The translations under genes and the position numbers were made by a program. A stretch of DNA of 60,414 nucleotides, counting the filler. It is 7 parts of 7 records of this genome, joined end to end, with 100 filler letters (N's around TTAATTAATTAA, not from the genome) between each part and the next. Parts side by side here need not be neighbours in the genome. Positions count along the whole stretch, not along the records: positions 1 to 16,411 come from SRR31156797_13367; positions 16,512 to 22,997 come from SRR31156797_13373; 5 more parts are not named here. One strand, given 5' to 3'. Numbering within the stretch: position 1 is the stretch's first letter; every line of letters starts with the position of its first letter. A model generated the notes under the pieces. That model was not told where the DNA came from, searched no databases, and was given only the letters and a program-made list of their open reading frames with translations. Below are positions 11,501 through 20,268 of the stretch, piece by piece.

Positions 11501-13217
11501 TTTCACCTTGAAGTATATTTACATTTTCATCACCAATAATTGTGTCATTATCTTGAGTACCAATTACATTTTCTATATTTGAAACTGTATCAGTACCATC
11601 TCCTGTAACAATTCCATTTGTTAAGTTTGCTTCTATCCCAATATTATTTGCTTTGTTTATAGAAGAATAATCAAGGGTATCACTTCCTTCTCCACCATCA
11701 ATTAAATCATCACCTAAACCACCAGTAATAGTGTCATTTCCAGTATTTGCATTGATAGTGTCATCTTCTTGACCACCAGTAATAGTGTCATTTGCCAAAC
11801 CACCATTAATTGTATTTACCAGTGTTTGAGAACCATAAATAATATTATCATTTAGATTTGTAGTTACAACAAAACCTGAACTAATAGTTTCGCCATCAGG
11901 TCCAATAAATGGTTCAAACATATATTGACCAGAATCAGAAGTATCACTTATCTCTCTAAAGTTTACTCCATAATCATCTTGATAACTCAACTCTGTTTCA
12001 AGTGGAATCTCAAAATCTGCTCTATTTTCCTCATCAATATTTTCTATATCAAAAACTGCTGTTGCACCAATTGTAAATGCAAAATTGTCAATTTGTTGAC
12101 TACTAACAGTAAAAGTAAATTCGATTACTCCAGATGTAGTAACAGTAAACCCTTCTACTGTGTCTGTATCAATATCATCTTTTGTTAAAGTATAAGTATT
12201 AGTTGCGGCATCATAAGTTGCATTTTCAATCGAAAAACTATCTGGAAAACTATCTGCTGAAAAAGTTATTGTCTCTATTGAATAACCTTCCGGTGCACTA
12301 GGTGTTAACTCAACTGTTCTTGAGATAGTATTATCAGTAAAATAAGTATTATCATCTGCATTAATTATAACTTTGTCTGCTGTTGAGTTAGTGATATCTC
12401 TATAATCTAAAACCTCCGCATCAGTTTGTTTATACATCTCTGATACATTTAAATTTTCTACATTTTCAGGAGTAGTTGGGTAATAGTTAGCATAAGTAAC
12501 ACCTCCACCACCTTCTACATTTAAAACTCTTGTTGTTCCATCATTAGAGTAAGTTGCATTAGAATCAACATGTTGAATATCAATATCAAAACTTAATGAA
12601 GGTGTAGTCCCCTCCGTTTCAGAATCATTTGTATCTGAACTTGAAGCACTTGAGTCATCATTGCTTGTAAAATCATTTTCAATAACTTCAGGAGCATCTT
12701 CAGGTGGTATTTCAAAATCATTTTCCTCTTCAAGTTCTGAAATGTTTTCATTTTCTTCTAATGATTCTACTTCTTGAACAATTACTTGAACTGATGTTTG
12801 TGGATTATTTTCAGTTGCATCACCCTCTTCATTTTCTTTTGCTGTGTTGTCTGGAATATTTACATCAATATTTGATACTAAGGAATCTATTGGTAAGGCA
12901 TTTATATCTTCAACTTCTGTTAGGATATCTCCTAAACTTAATTGTTTTCCTGAACTTGAAATAAAGTTAGGTGGAGTATCATTATATCCCATTAAAGCCA
13001 TAGATACAAAAGTAAAAGAACCTTGACCAGGGATATCAATAACAATATCTCCCCCAACAAGTTTATAGTTTAAATCTTCTAAATTAATCCCTGGTACTTT
13101 AAAGTCTACTAAGTCACCAGGTCTTACATAAACTGATACATTTTCACCTTGAGCTGGTTTGTCTACTATCTCAACACTTTTATTTAAATATTTAACATAT
13201 TTATTTTCAGATGCCAT
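5529..13217 (-). CDS. Giant RTX-repeat (T1SS-type) surface adhesin, N-terminal 2562 aa
   Basis: Dozens of GGxGxDxL nonapeptides alternate with DTVDYS...VDL...DTLxxIENVIG units. The first ~130 aa are non-repetitive and followed by an acidic linker. No signal peptide. Confidence 0.9.
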   Translation of the reverse strand: MASENKYVKYLNKSVEIVDKPAQGENVSVYVRPGDLVDFKVPGINLEDLNYKLVGGDIVIDIPGQGSFTFVSMALMGYNDTPPNFISSSGKQLSLGDILTEVEDINALPIDSLVSNIDVNIPDNTAKENEEGDATENNPQTSVQVIVQEVESLEENENISELEEENDFEIPPEDAPEVIENDFTSNDDSSASSSDTNDSETEGTTPSLSFDIDIQHVDSNATYSNDGTTRVLNVEGGGGVTYANYYPTTPENVENLNVSEMYKQTDAEVLDYRDITNSTADKVIINADDNTYFTDNTISRTVELTPSAPEGYSIETITFSADSFPDSFSIENATYDAATNTYTLTKDDIDTDTVEGFTVTTSGVIEFTFTVSSQQIDNFAFTIGATAVFDIENIDEENRADFEIPLETELSYQDDYGVNFREISDTSDSGQYMFEPFIGPDGETISSGFVVTTNLNDNIIYGSQTLVNTINGGLANDTITGGQEDDTINANTGNDTITGGLGDDLIDGGEGSDTLDYSSINKANNIGIEANLTNGIVTGDGTDTVSNIENVIGTQDNDTIIGDENVNILQGESGADTLYGLDGDDTLEGGAGNDTLEGGLGDDILRGGENGTAGDTVSYENATGSVIVDLEDTEDNPGLGSASGADGIDTLWNFENVTGSDFNDTIDGNSTKNTVFGLDGNDVINTYEGNDYINAGAGNDTIKAGIGDDYIDGSTGIDTIDFSDVITGSGEIVNLELNEASGGDGLDEIYNVENVIGTRYVDTITGDDLNNYIDGGSSNDTLVGNAGDDTLIGGTGNDSLRGGAGDDTLRGGEGIDTVDYSDVTLGGVSVDLSNTLTQDTKNAGSDTLSGLENLIGSSYSDTIWGSSEDNIIETKDGNDTIYASSGTDSIDGGSGEDLLSFQNSTNNITVDLSNREQQSTGDGDLTLSNIENLEGSNQSDTLTGNSNSNEIYGFDGDDVIDGAAGNDSLYGGAGDDTITGGLGDDIIDGGTNTSVGDTVDYSNSDAVSLTLAETGNTASANVGTQTDTVSNIENILGSEYNDTLGGNSEENSIYGDLGNDTFLASDGNDEFVGGDGNDTIDYSSRTTSVNVTLNESAPTNVSNGAFTDSIYQIENVVGSQVADSIVGDSQSNIIQGREGNDTISGGTGNDFLDGGADVDTVDYSYIDNIITNTDGVSVDLSANRGVDLNTNDRDTLTNFENVIGTQFNDTLYGNSADNTLDGKAGNDILKGGAGDDSFIGGSGIDTVDYSDVTADLNVDLNSLSPSEVAIGQGTDTFDSIEGVIGGSGDDTLIGTNGANSIVGGSGDDTLISSGVTDTTNGDTDYLDGGTNGSGGDWVSFGFTSNDITLDLNSSSTQDTGVGKLVVTNVENIEGGFGDDILTGDESNNSLVGSFGNDSFIGSTGNDTINGGRNSDSHRVNITNPAVTFTIVIGAITFTTSAAAEDTMLDDIVSQFNAANSDGSLGKIIKDGNNLLVQTTQSVSVTNGTDTPSSFIDTVDYSSLTTSSIDVDLTQSNDQVNISDGSTDTLVDIEKIVGTNNDDNILGDSSDNIFIGGAGNDILSGGAGADTIDGGAGNDIINGGAGNDTLNGGIGNDTFISTSGDGIDSIDGGAGNDTVDYSLETANISVTLDGSNTSTVTIDTVANDEIENIENIISGSGNDTLVGDSNNNTLIANAGNDTLTGGAGDDYLDGGNEADNSSGDDWVDYSAASTTGVTVDLTDTTSQNISATEGNDTLLNIEHIKGSNLDDTLIGNDADNTLDGGAGNDTLKGNAGDDSFVGGAGLDTVDYSDVTQDLNVDLGTLTGTQEVAPGQGNDSFDSIEGVIGGSGDDILIGTSEANVLGGSEGDDILKGNGGNDTIDGGAGSDLIDFTDTTSDIVLDLSDTNVQTTSVGDLLVSNVERAQGGSGNDTFTGNTSQNTLLGGEGNDTLFGVANNNVLNGEGGIDTADYSSISTGVGINADLNSGTDDVVTYNLTSTDTLINVENIKGSKNSDTIVGDTTDNVNNIFEGNGSNDTISGGSGNDTIYGNNSTNDTSNGEDSGDTLLGGSGNDTIYGQGGDDTLTGNSGVDTLDGGVGNDTIDYTYLNTSSNGVDVDFITNTANDGTDTDVLNSIENVIGSSNDDSFVMREGTTTNIIDGNNGVDLIDYSNYSTSIDVDLGQTTSQTITTSDNDTILDVENLIATSLDDIVTGSSSNNSIDGGDGSDTFFSSDGDDILNGGVDATSNDIDKVDYSASNGKIIVTAGSSVLKGDGSTDTLIDIEEIQGTDYLDTMTGSSSTDIFKGGASRDSLYGEDGNDTLYGEDGNDLLVGGTGDDELRGGAGEDTVDYSNRVVGINVSLNSGNATAYVDTNSDGISTHTAGEEEDSLYGIENITGSQASDDISGDINNNTINGNSGDDIIDGGAGDDELLGGAGDDIITGGTGDDELLGEDGDDTFVDTSFTGDTIDGGDNTTVGDTIDYHNLSESIKVTLNDTDTSSVNVEVGSDTANHRIKNVENIIGTDELDELTGNSSDNTFEGRNGNDILKGAGGADYLSGGNDNDTLEGGTGNDTLYGDSGDDV

Positions 13218-13400
13218 AAATTATCCTTAATAATCCACATAATTTTATAGATAATATTATAGCCAAAGAATAGTTTATTTTTACAAAAATTATTTATTAA
13301 TTTATTTTAGTTATGTTTAAAAACATAATAGCTATATATTGCTTTATTAGAAAGGGTTTTGAATAATTTAAAATAATATGTTACACAACATAATATTTCT

Positions 13401-14702
13401 TTATTTTATGTTAAAAAAAGTATTTTTTGTAACAATAATATATTTTTTTTCGAGAGAAGTTTCAAATTTTTCAGAGATATTTTTTAGTTTGCCATAAGAG
13501 ATTTGTGCCATATCTTTTTCTTCCCAAAGTATCTGCACAAAGGTTATTATTTTTCTATCATATGCAATCACATCAATTGTGTTATTTTGGTTATCCCACC
13601 AACTTCCAATTGCAGTTGGAACATATCCAAAGATAGTTTCATACTTAGTATTAATATACTCTTTAATACATTTTTTATATGTATCAAAAACAGTTTTACG
13701 AATGAACTCATCCTGTATATTCTGACTAACCTCTTTTACACTGTTTAATTGTAGTTTTGTTAGATTTGGATAAATGTAAAGAAACCAAAACTTTAAAGCG
13801 TTATCACAAATAATATATCTTCCAAGCTTTGAACTTTTTTTATCTTCTGAAATTGGAACAATTTTTTCTATTACCATCATATCTATCAACTTTTGTAAGT
13901 ACCTTGATAAATAAGTTGATTTTACATCTAAAAAAGCTGCTATATCTCCAACTTTTTTATTTCCTTTTGCAATTGCATATAATATAGATGAGTAGGTTCC
14001 TATATCACTTATTTCTGACTTTAAAAGCTTAATTCCATAATCAAAAAGGTAAGAGTTTGATGATAAAAAAAGATTATAAATATTTTCAGTAAACTCAATG
14101 CTTGCATTATAATACTTTAGATTAGAAGGCATAGTCCCAAGTAAAGAATATACATATAACTGGTCTATTCTGCTCATTTTAGGGAAAAACTCTTTTATAG
14201 CCAAAAAGTTTAGATATCTTAAATTTATTATGGTAGAAACACTTTCTATCTCTTTATCATAATCACTATATAATAAAGAAGAAGAGATAACAACTTGGAT
14301 ATTCTTATTCTTTAGTTTTGATTTCCAATACTTCAAAAAATCTTCCAAGGCATGTTTGTCTACTTTTAAAATATTTTGAAAATCATCAAATACAATAACT
14401 AATCTTTTTTCAATATTTTGTTGATTTAAAAACTCCAAAATTTCTAAGAAATTGTTAAAAGGTTTTCCAACTGTATTATTTCCAAAAAAATGATTACTTA
14501 TAGTATCTGCCATTTGAGTAAAAAAAAGTGTTGGCATCATCTCATAGTTTGAGAAATAGATGTTTTGTTTCTCTTTCATAAATTCTATCAAAAGAGTTGT
14601 TTTTCCTGAATTTCTTGACCCAAAAACAAAGTTTACAGTAGAGCTTGCGCTATTATAGTTTTTTTCTAAAGTATCTAGTTCACTGTGTCGTTGTATAAAC
14701 AT
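13401..14702 (-). CDS. AAA-family (archaeal ATPase_2-like) ATP-binding protein with C-terminal DUF234-like region
   Basis: N-terminal FIQRHSEL, Walker A GSRNSGKT, Walker B-like VIVFDDFQ, then a wHTH-like segment and C-terminal GSWWD...IDVIA. Confidence 0.75.
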   Translation of the reverse strand: MFIQRHSELDTLEKNYNSASSTVNFVFGSRNSGKTTLLIEFMKEKQNIYFSNYEMMPTLFFTQMADTISNHFFGNNTVGKPFNNFLEILEFLNQQNIEKRLVIVFDDFQNILKVDKHALEDFLKYWKSKLKNKNIQVVISSSLLYSDYDKEIESVSTIINLRYLNFLAIKEFFPKMSRIDQLYVYSLLGTMPSNLKYYNASIEFTENIYNLFLSSNSYLFDYGIKLLKSEISDIGTYSSILYAIAKGNKKVGDIAAFLDVKSTYLSRYLQKLIDMMVIEKIVPISEDKKSSKLGRYIICDNALKFWFLYIYPNLTKLQLNSVKEVSQNIQDEFIRKTVFDTYKKCIKEYINTKYETIFGYVPTAIGSWWDNQNNTIDVIAYDRKIITFVQILWEEKDMAQISYGKLKNISEKFETSLEKKYIIVTKNTFFNIK

Positions 14703-15145
14703 TATCTAATCTTTTTTATTTTTGTTTTACTAAGTTTATAAATTGATGATGAGATATTTTCACTAAAACCATCTTTTGTCAAAACTAAAATATCTGCATT
14801 TTCTTTCGCAAAAGATTCATCAAATTTATTTCCAGTTAAATTAGCAGAAGTTGAATACTGGTTTTTAAACTTATTAATAAAATCTACAAAAGGTATATCT
14901 TCGTTTATAACTCTAAAAGATTTTAAATTGGGATATATAAAAGTTGTTTTTTTAGCTTTTCTTACTCTTTTTCTATGAAGTTTAGGAACTCTAGCATTTT
15001 TGTTAAGTGTTGCAAAACTATCAACTGTTTGAAGTATTTTTTGAGAAAGTGGGCGTTGCTTTATACTTGAAAGTTTCTCACCGTTTAACGATGAGAAACC
15101 AACAGTAGTGTCAGTTTGAACTAAATATACTTTATTTGTATCCAT
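14702..15145 (-). CDS. Short Sua5/YciO/YrdC-family protein
   Basis: YLVQTDTTVGF and YSTSANLTG motifs; position downstream of carB is typical of Campylobacterota. Confidence 0.8.
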   Translation of the reverse strand: MDTNKVYLVQTDTTVGFSSLNGEKLSSIKQRPLSQKILQTVDSFATLNKNARVPKLHRKRVRKAKKTTFIYPNLKSFRVINEDIPFVDFINKFKNQYSTSANLTGNKFDESFAKENADILVLTKDGFSENISSSIYKLSKTKIKKIR

Positions 15146-16410
15146 TAGTCATTTAAAAATTCTTGAATAGACTTAACACCTATTCCATTTTTATGTTTTA
15201 AAGCTTTCATTGCTTCAACACAAGCTAATGCAGCTGCAGCTGTTGTAACATAAGGAATATTTTCTTTAAGAACTGCTCTTCTGATGTTTTTACCATCATC
15301 TTTTGATGATTCTTTTCCATCACTAGTATTAAATGCAAGTGCAATTTCACCATTTGCGATTGAGTCAGTAATATTTGGTCTACCTTCAGAGATTTTAAGA
15401 ACTTTCTCACACTCAATTCCCGCTTCAGTAATAGCTTTGTGAGTTCCACCTGTAGCAACAACAGTGAAACCTTCTTCAACTAAACCTTTTGCAATTTTTG
15501 GAGCAAACTCTTTATCTAAATCACATAATGAAATAAATACTTTACCTTCTACAGGTAAGTCATTTTTAGCAGCACTTTGTGCTTTTGCATAAGAGATTCC
15601 AAAGTTATCTGAAATACCCATTACTTCACCTGTTGATTTCATTTCAGGTGTAAGAATCATATCTGAACCACTTAACTTAGTAAATGGGAATACTGCTTCT
15701 TTAATAGCAATATGATCTTTTAATATTGGTTTTAATACACCATTATCTTCCCAAATTAAATCAGCATTATAAGTATCAAGAGCATTTCTTAGGCTTTCTC
15801 CCCACATAACTCTAGTTGCAACTTTTGCTAAAGGCATACCTGTTGCTTTAGAAACAAATGGAACTGTTCTTGAAGCTCTAGGGTTTACTTCAATTAGGTA
15901 AATTTGACCTTTATGAATTGCATATTGTGTATTCATAAGACCAATTACACCAAGTCCAAGTGCCATTGCTTTTGTTTTAACTTCAATCTCTTTAATAAGT
16001 TCTGGGTCAATAGAGATTGGAGGTAAAGAACAAGCTGAATCACCTGAGTGAACACCAGCTTCTTCAATATGTTGCATGATTCCACCAATATAAACTTCTT
16101 TACCATCAGAGATACAATCAACATCAAGTTCAATTGCTCTATCAAGGAATTTATCAATAAGTACTGGTGCATCATTTGAAACAGAAACTGCTTCATCCAT
16201 ATATTGTTTTAACTCATCTGTTGAATAAACAATTTTCATACCTCTACCACCAAGAACAAATGATGGTCTTACAAGTACTGGATAACCAATTCTTTCTGCA
16301 ATTTCAATAGCTTCTTCAACCTCTACTGCTGTTCCATTGTCTGGTTGTAATAATCCAGCTTTAGTAACAAATGTAGAGAATTTTTCTCTATCTTCTGCTA
16401 AATCAATAAC
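15145..16410 (-). CDS. carB: Carbamoyl-phosphate synthase large subunit, 3' part (5' truncated by contig end)
   Basis: IGYPVLVRPSFVLGGRGM, HIEEAGVHSGDS, IEVNPRASRTVPF, EMKSTGEVMG and a C-terminal MGS domain. Confidence 0.97.
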   Translation of the reverse strand, partial: VIDLAEDREKFSTFVTKAGLLQPDNGTAVEVEEAIEIAERIGYPVLVRPSFVLGGRGMKIVYSTDELKQYMDEAVSVSNDAPVLIDKFLDRAIELDVDCISDGKEVYIGGIMQHIEEAGVHSGDSACSLPPISIDPELIKEIEVKTKAMALGLGVIGLMNTQYAIHKGQIYLIEVNPRASRTVPFVSKATGMPLAKVATRVMWGESLRNALDTYNADLIWEDNGVLKPILKDHIAIKEAVFPFTKLSGSDMILTPEMKSTGEVMGISDNFGISYAKAQSAAKNDLPVEGKVFISLCDLDKEFAPKIAKGLVEEGFTVVATGGTHKAITEAGIECEKVLKISEGRPNITDSIANGEIALAFNTSDGKESSKDDGKNIRRAVLKENIPYVTTAAAALACVEAMKALKHKNGIGVKSIQEFLND

Positions 16411-16411
16411 T

Positions 16412-16511
16412 NNNNNNNNNNNNNNNNNNNNNNNNNNNNNNNNNNNNNNNNNNNNTTAATTAATTAANNNNNNNNNNNNNNNNNNNNNNNNNNNNNNNNN
16501 NNNNNNNNNNN
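16412..16511. other. Artificial contig spacer (N-TTAATTAATTAA-N)
   Basis: Identical 100-nt spacers also occur at 22998-23097, 28124-28223, 40998-41097, 49077-49176 and 54894-54993. Base composition and gene content change across each one. Confidence 0.99.
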
Positions 16512-16512
16512 T

Positions 16513-17400
16513 ATTGGTCGTGAAGGACGTAATATCAGAGCACTTGAAGCTGCTACAGGAATTGAAATTATTGTAGATGATACTCCTGAAGCTATTATTC
16601 TCAGTGGATTTGATCCTGTTAGAAGAGAAATTGCGCGTCTATCGCTACACCAACTTGTTACGGATGGTCGTATTCACCCTGCCCGTATCGAAGAAGTAGT
16701 TGCAAAAACCAAAAAGCAAATCGAAGAAGAGATTGTTGAAACAGGAAAACGAACCGCTATTGACTTAGGTATTCATGGCCTACATCCAGAACTTATTCGT
16801 CTGGTTGGTAAAATGAAATATCGTAGCTCATACGGTCAAAACCTACTACAGCACAGTCGCGAGGTTGCTAACCTTTCAGCTATTATGGCTGCTGAGCTTG
16901 GTTTGAACCCACAACTCGCTAAGCGCGCAGGATTATTACATGATATTGGTAAAGTACCTGATGATGATCCTGAAGTTCCACATGCTATTTTTGGTATGAA
17001 ACTGGCTGAAAAGCACAAAGAAAAACCAGAAGTTTGCAACGCTATTGGAGCCCACCACGATGAAATTGAAATGACTTCACTGTTGTCTCCTATTATTCAG
17101 GTATGTGATGCTATTTCAGGTGCACGCCCAGGCGCACGCCGCGAAGTTGTTGAATCTTACATTAAGCGATTAAAAGATTTAGAAAACCTTGCGCTTCGTC
17201 ACGAAGGTGTATTGAAAACATATGCTATCCAAGCTGGACGTGAATTACGCGTTATAGTTGGAAGTGATAAAGTAAGTGATAAAGAATCAGAGGCATTATC
17301 ATTTGAAATTTCTAAGCAGATTCAGGATGAAATGACTTATCCTGGCCAGGTTAAAGTAACTGTAATCAGAGAAACAAGAGCAGTAACCTACGCCAAGTAA
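16513..17400 (+). CDS. rny: Ribonuclease Y, 3' part (KH + HD domains)
   Basis: [14 protein letters not shown] motif from the contig start; [43 protein letters not shown]. Confidence 0.96.
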   Translation: MGREGRNIRALEAATGIEIIVDDTPEAIILSGFDPVRREIARLSLHQLVTDGRIHPARIEEVVAKTKKQIEEEIVETGKRTAIDLGIHGLHPELIRLVGKMKYRSSYGQNLLQHSREVANLSAIMAAELGLNPQLAKRAGLLHDIGKVPDDDPEVPHAIFGMKLAEKHKEKPEVCNAIGAHHDEIEMTSLLSPIIQVCDAISGARPGARREVVESYIKRLKDLENLALRHEGVLKTYAIQAGRELRVIVGSDKVSDKESEALSFEISKQIQDEMTYPGQVKVTVIRETRAVTYAK

Positions 17401-17420
17401 AAAACATTAAATAAAATTTT

Positions 17421-17463
17421 AAAGTCGGGTGAATAGTTTGTAATTTCATCCGATTTTATTTTT
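17421..17463 (+). terminator. Probable intrinsic terminator after rny
   Basis: AAAGTCGGGTGAA...TTCATCCGATTTT stem with G-U pairs, followed by a T-rich tract. Confidence 0.55.
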
Positions 17464-17582
17464 TAATGTGGGATAGAACTTAGCAATAAGCAGCTAATAT
17501 AAAATGCAATAGTTGAATCTCTAAAACCTTTTTAGGTTCAGCAATAAGATAGGAAATGCAATGTTCATCTGACTCATAATTT

Positions 17583-18557
17583 ATGATGAAAGACAAAAAT
17601 TTATTAATTACCGGAGCAGCAGGTTTTATTGGATCAAATCTAACAGAACACTTCCTCAATCAAGGTGCTCAGGTTATCGGGTTGGATAATTTCTCCACCG
17701 GAAAACCTGAAAACATTGAAGCATTCAGAAGCTACTCAAACTTTAAATTTATAGAAGGGGACATCAGAGATAGAAATCTACTGGATGAATTTTTCCCAGG
17801 TATTGAAATAATCTTTCATCAAGCGGCACTTGGCTCTGTGCCCAGAAGTATAAAAGACCCGGTTACATCTATCGATGTGAATATCACGGGAACTACCAAT
17901 GTTTTTTTTGCTGCACAAAAACACAAAGTAAAAAGAGTTATTTATGCAGCAAGTTCTTCCACTTATGGAGATAGTGAAGCGTTACCTAAAGTTGAATCGA
18001 AAATTGGCAAACCGCTTTCTCCTTATGCCATAAGTAAATATGTAAATGAATTAGTTGCAGAAAACTTCAATAAGATATATGGACTGGATTCAGTTGGATT
18101 AAGATATTTTAATGTATTTGGACAACGACAAGATCCGGACAGTACATATGCAGCTGTAATTCCAAAATTTGTAAGCTTACTAATGCGGCATAAAAGTCCT
18201 GTAATTAATGGAGATGGATCTTATTCAAGAGATTTTACATTTATTGAGAATGTAATACACGCCAATGAATTGGCTGCTTTTACTAATAATGCCAGTGCCC
18301 TTAACAGAGTTTATAATGTCGCATATGGTAAGAGAACCACATTGAATGAGTTGTTTTATTTAATCCGTGATGGTTTAGCCAATTTTGACAAAGAAATCAA
18401 AACAGTTGAACCTGAATATGGACCAATCAGAGAAGGAGATATACCTCACTCTTTGGCAAGCATAGATTTAGCAAAAGAATATTTAAAATACAATCCAAAA
18501 TTTTCTGTGAAAGAAGGACTGGAAAAAGCAATAGATTGGTATTGGAATAATTTGTAA
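17583..18557 (+). CDS. wbpP: UDP-GlcNAc 4-epimerase (WbpP/TviC-like SDR)
   Basis: ITGAAGFIGS, HQAALGSVPRS, YAASSSTYGD, PLSPYAISK, LRYFNVFG. Confidence 0.85.
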   Translation: MMKDKNLLITGAAGFIGSNLTEHFLNQGAQVIGLDNFSTGKPENIEAFRSYSNFKFIEGDIRDRNLLDEFFPGIEIIFHQAALGSVPRSIKDPVTSIDVNITGTTNVFFAAQKHKVKRVIYAASSSTYGDSEALPKVESKIGKPLSPYAISKYVNELVAENFNKIYGLDSVGLRYFNVFGQRQDPDSTYAAVIPKFVSLLMRHKSPVINGDGSYSRDFTFIENVIHANELAAFTNNASALNRVYNVAYGKRTTLNELFYLIRDGLANFDKEIKTVEPEYGPIREGDIPHSLASIDLAKEYLKYNPKFSVKEGLEKAIDWYWNNL

Positions 18558-18558
18558 A

Positions 18559-19698
18559 ATGAGCAAAATGAATAATATACAGATGGTTGACCTTCAGTCA
18601 CAATATGAAAGACTGAAAGCAGGAATTGATAACGGAATAAACGAAGTTATCACAAGCGCAAAATTTATTAATGGCCCAACAGTAAAAGATTTTGCTCAAA
18701 ATCTGGCCAACTACCTTGATGTAAAGCACGTTATACCATGTGCAAACGGAACAGACGCACTTCAAATTGCCTTGATGGCAGCAGGTATAAAAGCCGGAGA
18801 TGAAGTGCTTACAACAGATTTTACTTTCATTGCTACTGTTGAGGTTGTGGCATTGCTTGGAGCTAAACCTGTATTAGTAGATGTTAATCCTGATGATTTT
18901 ACCATCAATATTGAAGAGATGGAAAAATTAATCACAGATAAAACAAAAGCCATTGTTCCAGTGCACCTATTTGGTCAGTGCGCCAACATGAAAGCTATTA
19001 TGGAAATAGCTCAAAAATATAATTTAAAGGTTATTGAAGATTGCGCCCAATCTATTGGAACAGATTTTTATTGGGGAGATAAACCACTAAAAGCCGGTAC
19101 AATGGGTGATTTTGGGTGTACTTCTTTCTTTCCATCCAAAAATCTGGGTTGCTATGGTGATGGTGGTGCACTATATACAAATGATGATGAATTGGCCGCT
19201 ATTGCCAAAAGCATTACAAATCATGGTAGCACAGTAAAATATCATCATGACAGAATTGGGGTTAACAGTAGATTGGATAGTGTGCAGGCAGCCGTATTAA
19301 ATGTGAAACTTACACAGCTTGACGATTTTAACAAACGCAGACAAGCAGCTGCTATTTTCTATGATCATCAGCTTGGTCAGATTCCTGAAATAGAAACTCC
19401 AGTTAAAAAAGATTTTTCTGATCATACATACCACCAATATACCATCAAGGTTCCTAAAGGCGAGAACTTGAAGTTACAGTCTTATCTCAAAGAAAAAGAT
19501 ATTCCGGCAATGGTTTATTATCCAATTCCACTACACAAGCAGAAAGCTTTTGAAAAGTGGATGGATGACAGGAAATTTCCTATATCAGATGAATTAGCGG
19601 AAAGAGTCTTATCTTTGCCTATGCATACAGAACTAACGAAAGTGCAGCTTTCATATATTTGTGACAACATAAAAGCTTATTTTGATGAAAAACGATAA
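18559..19698 (+). CDS. wbpE: DegT/DnrJ/EryC1/StrS aminotransferase (WbpE-like)
   Basis: CANGTDALQIAL, VIEDCAQS, SFFPSKNLGCYGDGG (PLP lysine), GVNSRLD. Confidence 0.85.
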   Translation: MSKMNNIQMVDLQSQYERLKAGIDNGINEVITSAKFINGPTVKDFAQNLANYLDVKHVIPCANGTDALQIALMAAGIKAGDEVLTTDFTFIATVEVVALLGAKPVLVDVNPDDFTINIEEMEKLITDKTKAIVPVHLFGQCANMKAIMEIAQKYNLKVIEDCAQSIGTDFYWGDKPLKAGTMGDFGCTSFFPSKNLGCYGDGGALYTNDDELAAIAKSITNHGSTVKYHHDRIGVNSRLDSVQAAVLNVKLTQLDDFNKRRQAAAIFYDHQLGQIPEIETPVKKDFSDHTYHQYTIKVPKGENLKLQSYLKEKDIPAMVYYPIPLHKQKAFEKWMDDRKFPISDELAERVLSLPMHTELTKVQLSYICDNIKAYFDEKR

Positions 19699-20266
19699 TT
19701 ATTTTGCACACGAAACAGCCGTAATTGATGAACCATGCGAAATTGGTGAAGGAACTAAAATATGGCATTTCACACACATCATGCAAAACTGTAAAATTGG
19801 AAAAAACTGTAATTTTGGTCAAAATGTAGTGGTTTCTCCCGATGTTACCTTGGGCAATAATGTGAAAGTTCAAAATAATGTATCAATTTATACTGGCGTT
19901 GATTGCGAAGATGATGTGTTTTTGGGCCCTAGTATGGTATTTACCAATGTAGTTAATCCCAGAAGTGCAGTAAACAGAAGAGGTGAATATGCCAAAACCA
20001 TTGTACGCAAAGGTGCTTCAATTGGTGCCAATGCCACTATAGTTTGTGGTAACGAAATTGGTAAATTTGCCTTTATAGGCGCAGGTGCAGTTGTCACCAA
20101 ATACGTACCTGACTATGCATTAGTAGTTGGGAACCCGTCTAAGCAAATTGGTTGGATGAGTGAATATGGGCATAGATTAAACTTTGATGAAAACAATCGT
20201 GCAATTTGCCCTGAAAGCAAAGAAGAATATATTTTGGAAAACGATAAAGTAAAAAAAATAAGCTAG
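19682..20266 (+). CDS. wbpD: Hexapeptide N-acetyltransferase (WbpD-like)
   Basis: IGEGTKIWHF, VKVQNNVSIY, VFLGPSMVFTNV, VGNPSKQIGW. Confidence 0.88.
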   Translation: MMKNDNYFAHETAVIDEPCEIGEGTKIWHFTHIMQNCKIGKNCNFGQNVVVSPDVTLGNNVKVQNNVSIYTGVDCEDDVFLGPSMVFTNVVNPRSAVNRRGEYAKTIVRKGASIGANATIVCGNEIGKFAFIGAGAVVTKYVPDYALVVGNPSKQIGWMSEYGHRLNFDENNRAICPESKEEYILENDKVKKIS

Positions 20267-20268
20267 TT

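Noticed and set aside
2093-13026. Many short + strand ORFs rich in S/P/F or H/L
   Set aside because: Antisense translations of the RTX repeats.
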